DNA of 63,161 bases, the filler included, from Folioceros fuciformis (Eukaryota), in the NCBI GenBank assembly GCA_049999805.1. It is 12 parts of 12 records of this genome, joined end to end, with 100 filler letters (N's around TTAATTAATTAA, not from the genome) between each part and the next. Parts side by side here need not be neighbours in the genome. Positions count along the whole stretch, not along the records: positions 62,021 to 63,161 come from JBNGIO010005613.1; 11 more parts are not named here. One strand, given 5' to 3'. The notes under the pieces are model-generated. The model made no database searches. It had not been told where the DNA came from and was given only the letters and a program-made list of their open reading frames with translations. This document shows, in pieces, positions 62,513 through 63,161 of the stretch; positions within the stretch are counted from its first letter, which is position 1; every line of letters begins with the position of its first letter. The position numbers and the translations under genes were made by a program.

Positions 62513-63161
62513 TGTTAAGAGACCTACCAGGTCTTGGTAACCACGTCATTAGATTAGGGTTGATAATATATTTACCATAATTAGCCTTGATTAATTAGCC
62601 CTAATATGAAGAGACACTTTACTTACGTATTTAAACATTTTTGTTAATTGTAATGTATTATTCTTTTGCCTACCATTGTTCTGATTTTCTCAAGCTCTCC
62701 GCTCTAGAAAACTCTAACATGGTATCAGAGCATGTTTATAGTGGTGTATACATTATGACGTCAATAACTTGCTACTACTATTTATCAAATACATTGACTA
62801 TACTAAGGAGAATTTTCAGAAAACATCACATCTAAATTAGATGTATTTCTATAATTTCCCTAGTGTAATTTATATTATTCCGCTGCAAATTATGAAATGA
62901 GTGGGAAGCGAGAATTAGGCAAAAATGCCTCGTCGCAATTCTGCCGAATGCGATGTCTTTTACAGACCAAGCTATCCAGTGCCATGAACGAGTTATGCCG
63001 AAGTTGCGATAAGGAGGTTCGACGCCGATTTGAAAGACTTCCCCAAAAGGAGAGCATAGATTTCTTTCAGAGAAGATCTCCGCCTCAGTTTTTGGGAAAG
63101 GACAATTTTCGATTAGGCGACCTCAGACTTCTGCAAACTCAAATGCGAGCCCTTATAAATC
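62513..63161 (+). mobile_element. 5' LTR (62513-62719), perfect tRNA-Met PBS (62720-62731) and leader of a nested element
   Basis: tgtta..taaca|tggtatcagagc. Confidence 0.88.

Overview
Eukaryotic, streptophyte-plant-type genomic DNA (probably a non-seed land plant; inference). It consists of 12 contigs joined by eleven 100-bp artificial spacers (N-run, TTAATTAATTAA, N-run). There is one intact host gene, a 4-exon UBC8/10-class E2 ubiquitin-conjugating enzyme on the minus strand (10942-13340), and a decayed internal SPT6 fragment. The rest is a nest of decayed transposons: two near full-length Ty1/copia elements (2539-7990, 38736-45241), many copia fragments and LTRs, TGTGG..CCACA Ty3/gypsy LTRs, an L1 3' end and a CACTA transposase. 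The most notable feature is a minus-strand LTR retroelement (26959 to 22005) whose polyprotein reads gag, zinc knuckles, aspartic protease, then a DNMT3-like C5 DNA methyltransferase. On another contig a gypsy integrase ends in a PHD finger (50919-52315). Together these suggest a retrotransposon lineage carrying chromatin writer and reader domains. All assignments are by eye from motifs; no database search was run.
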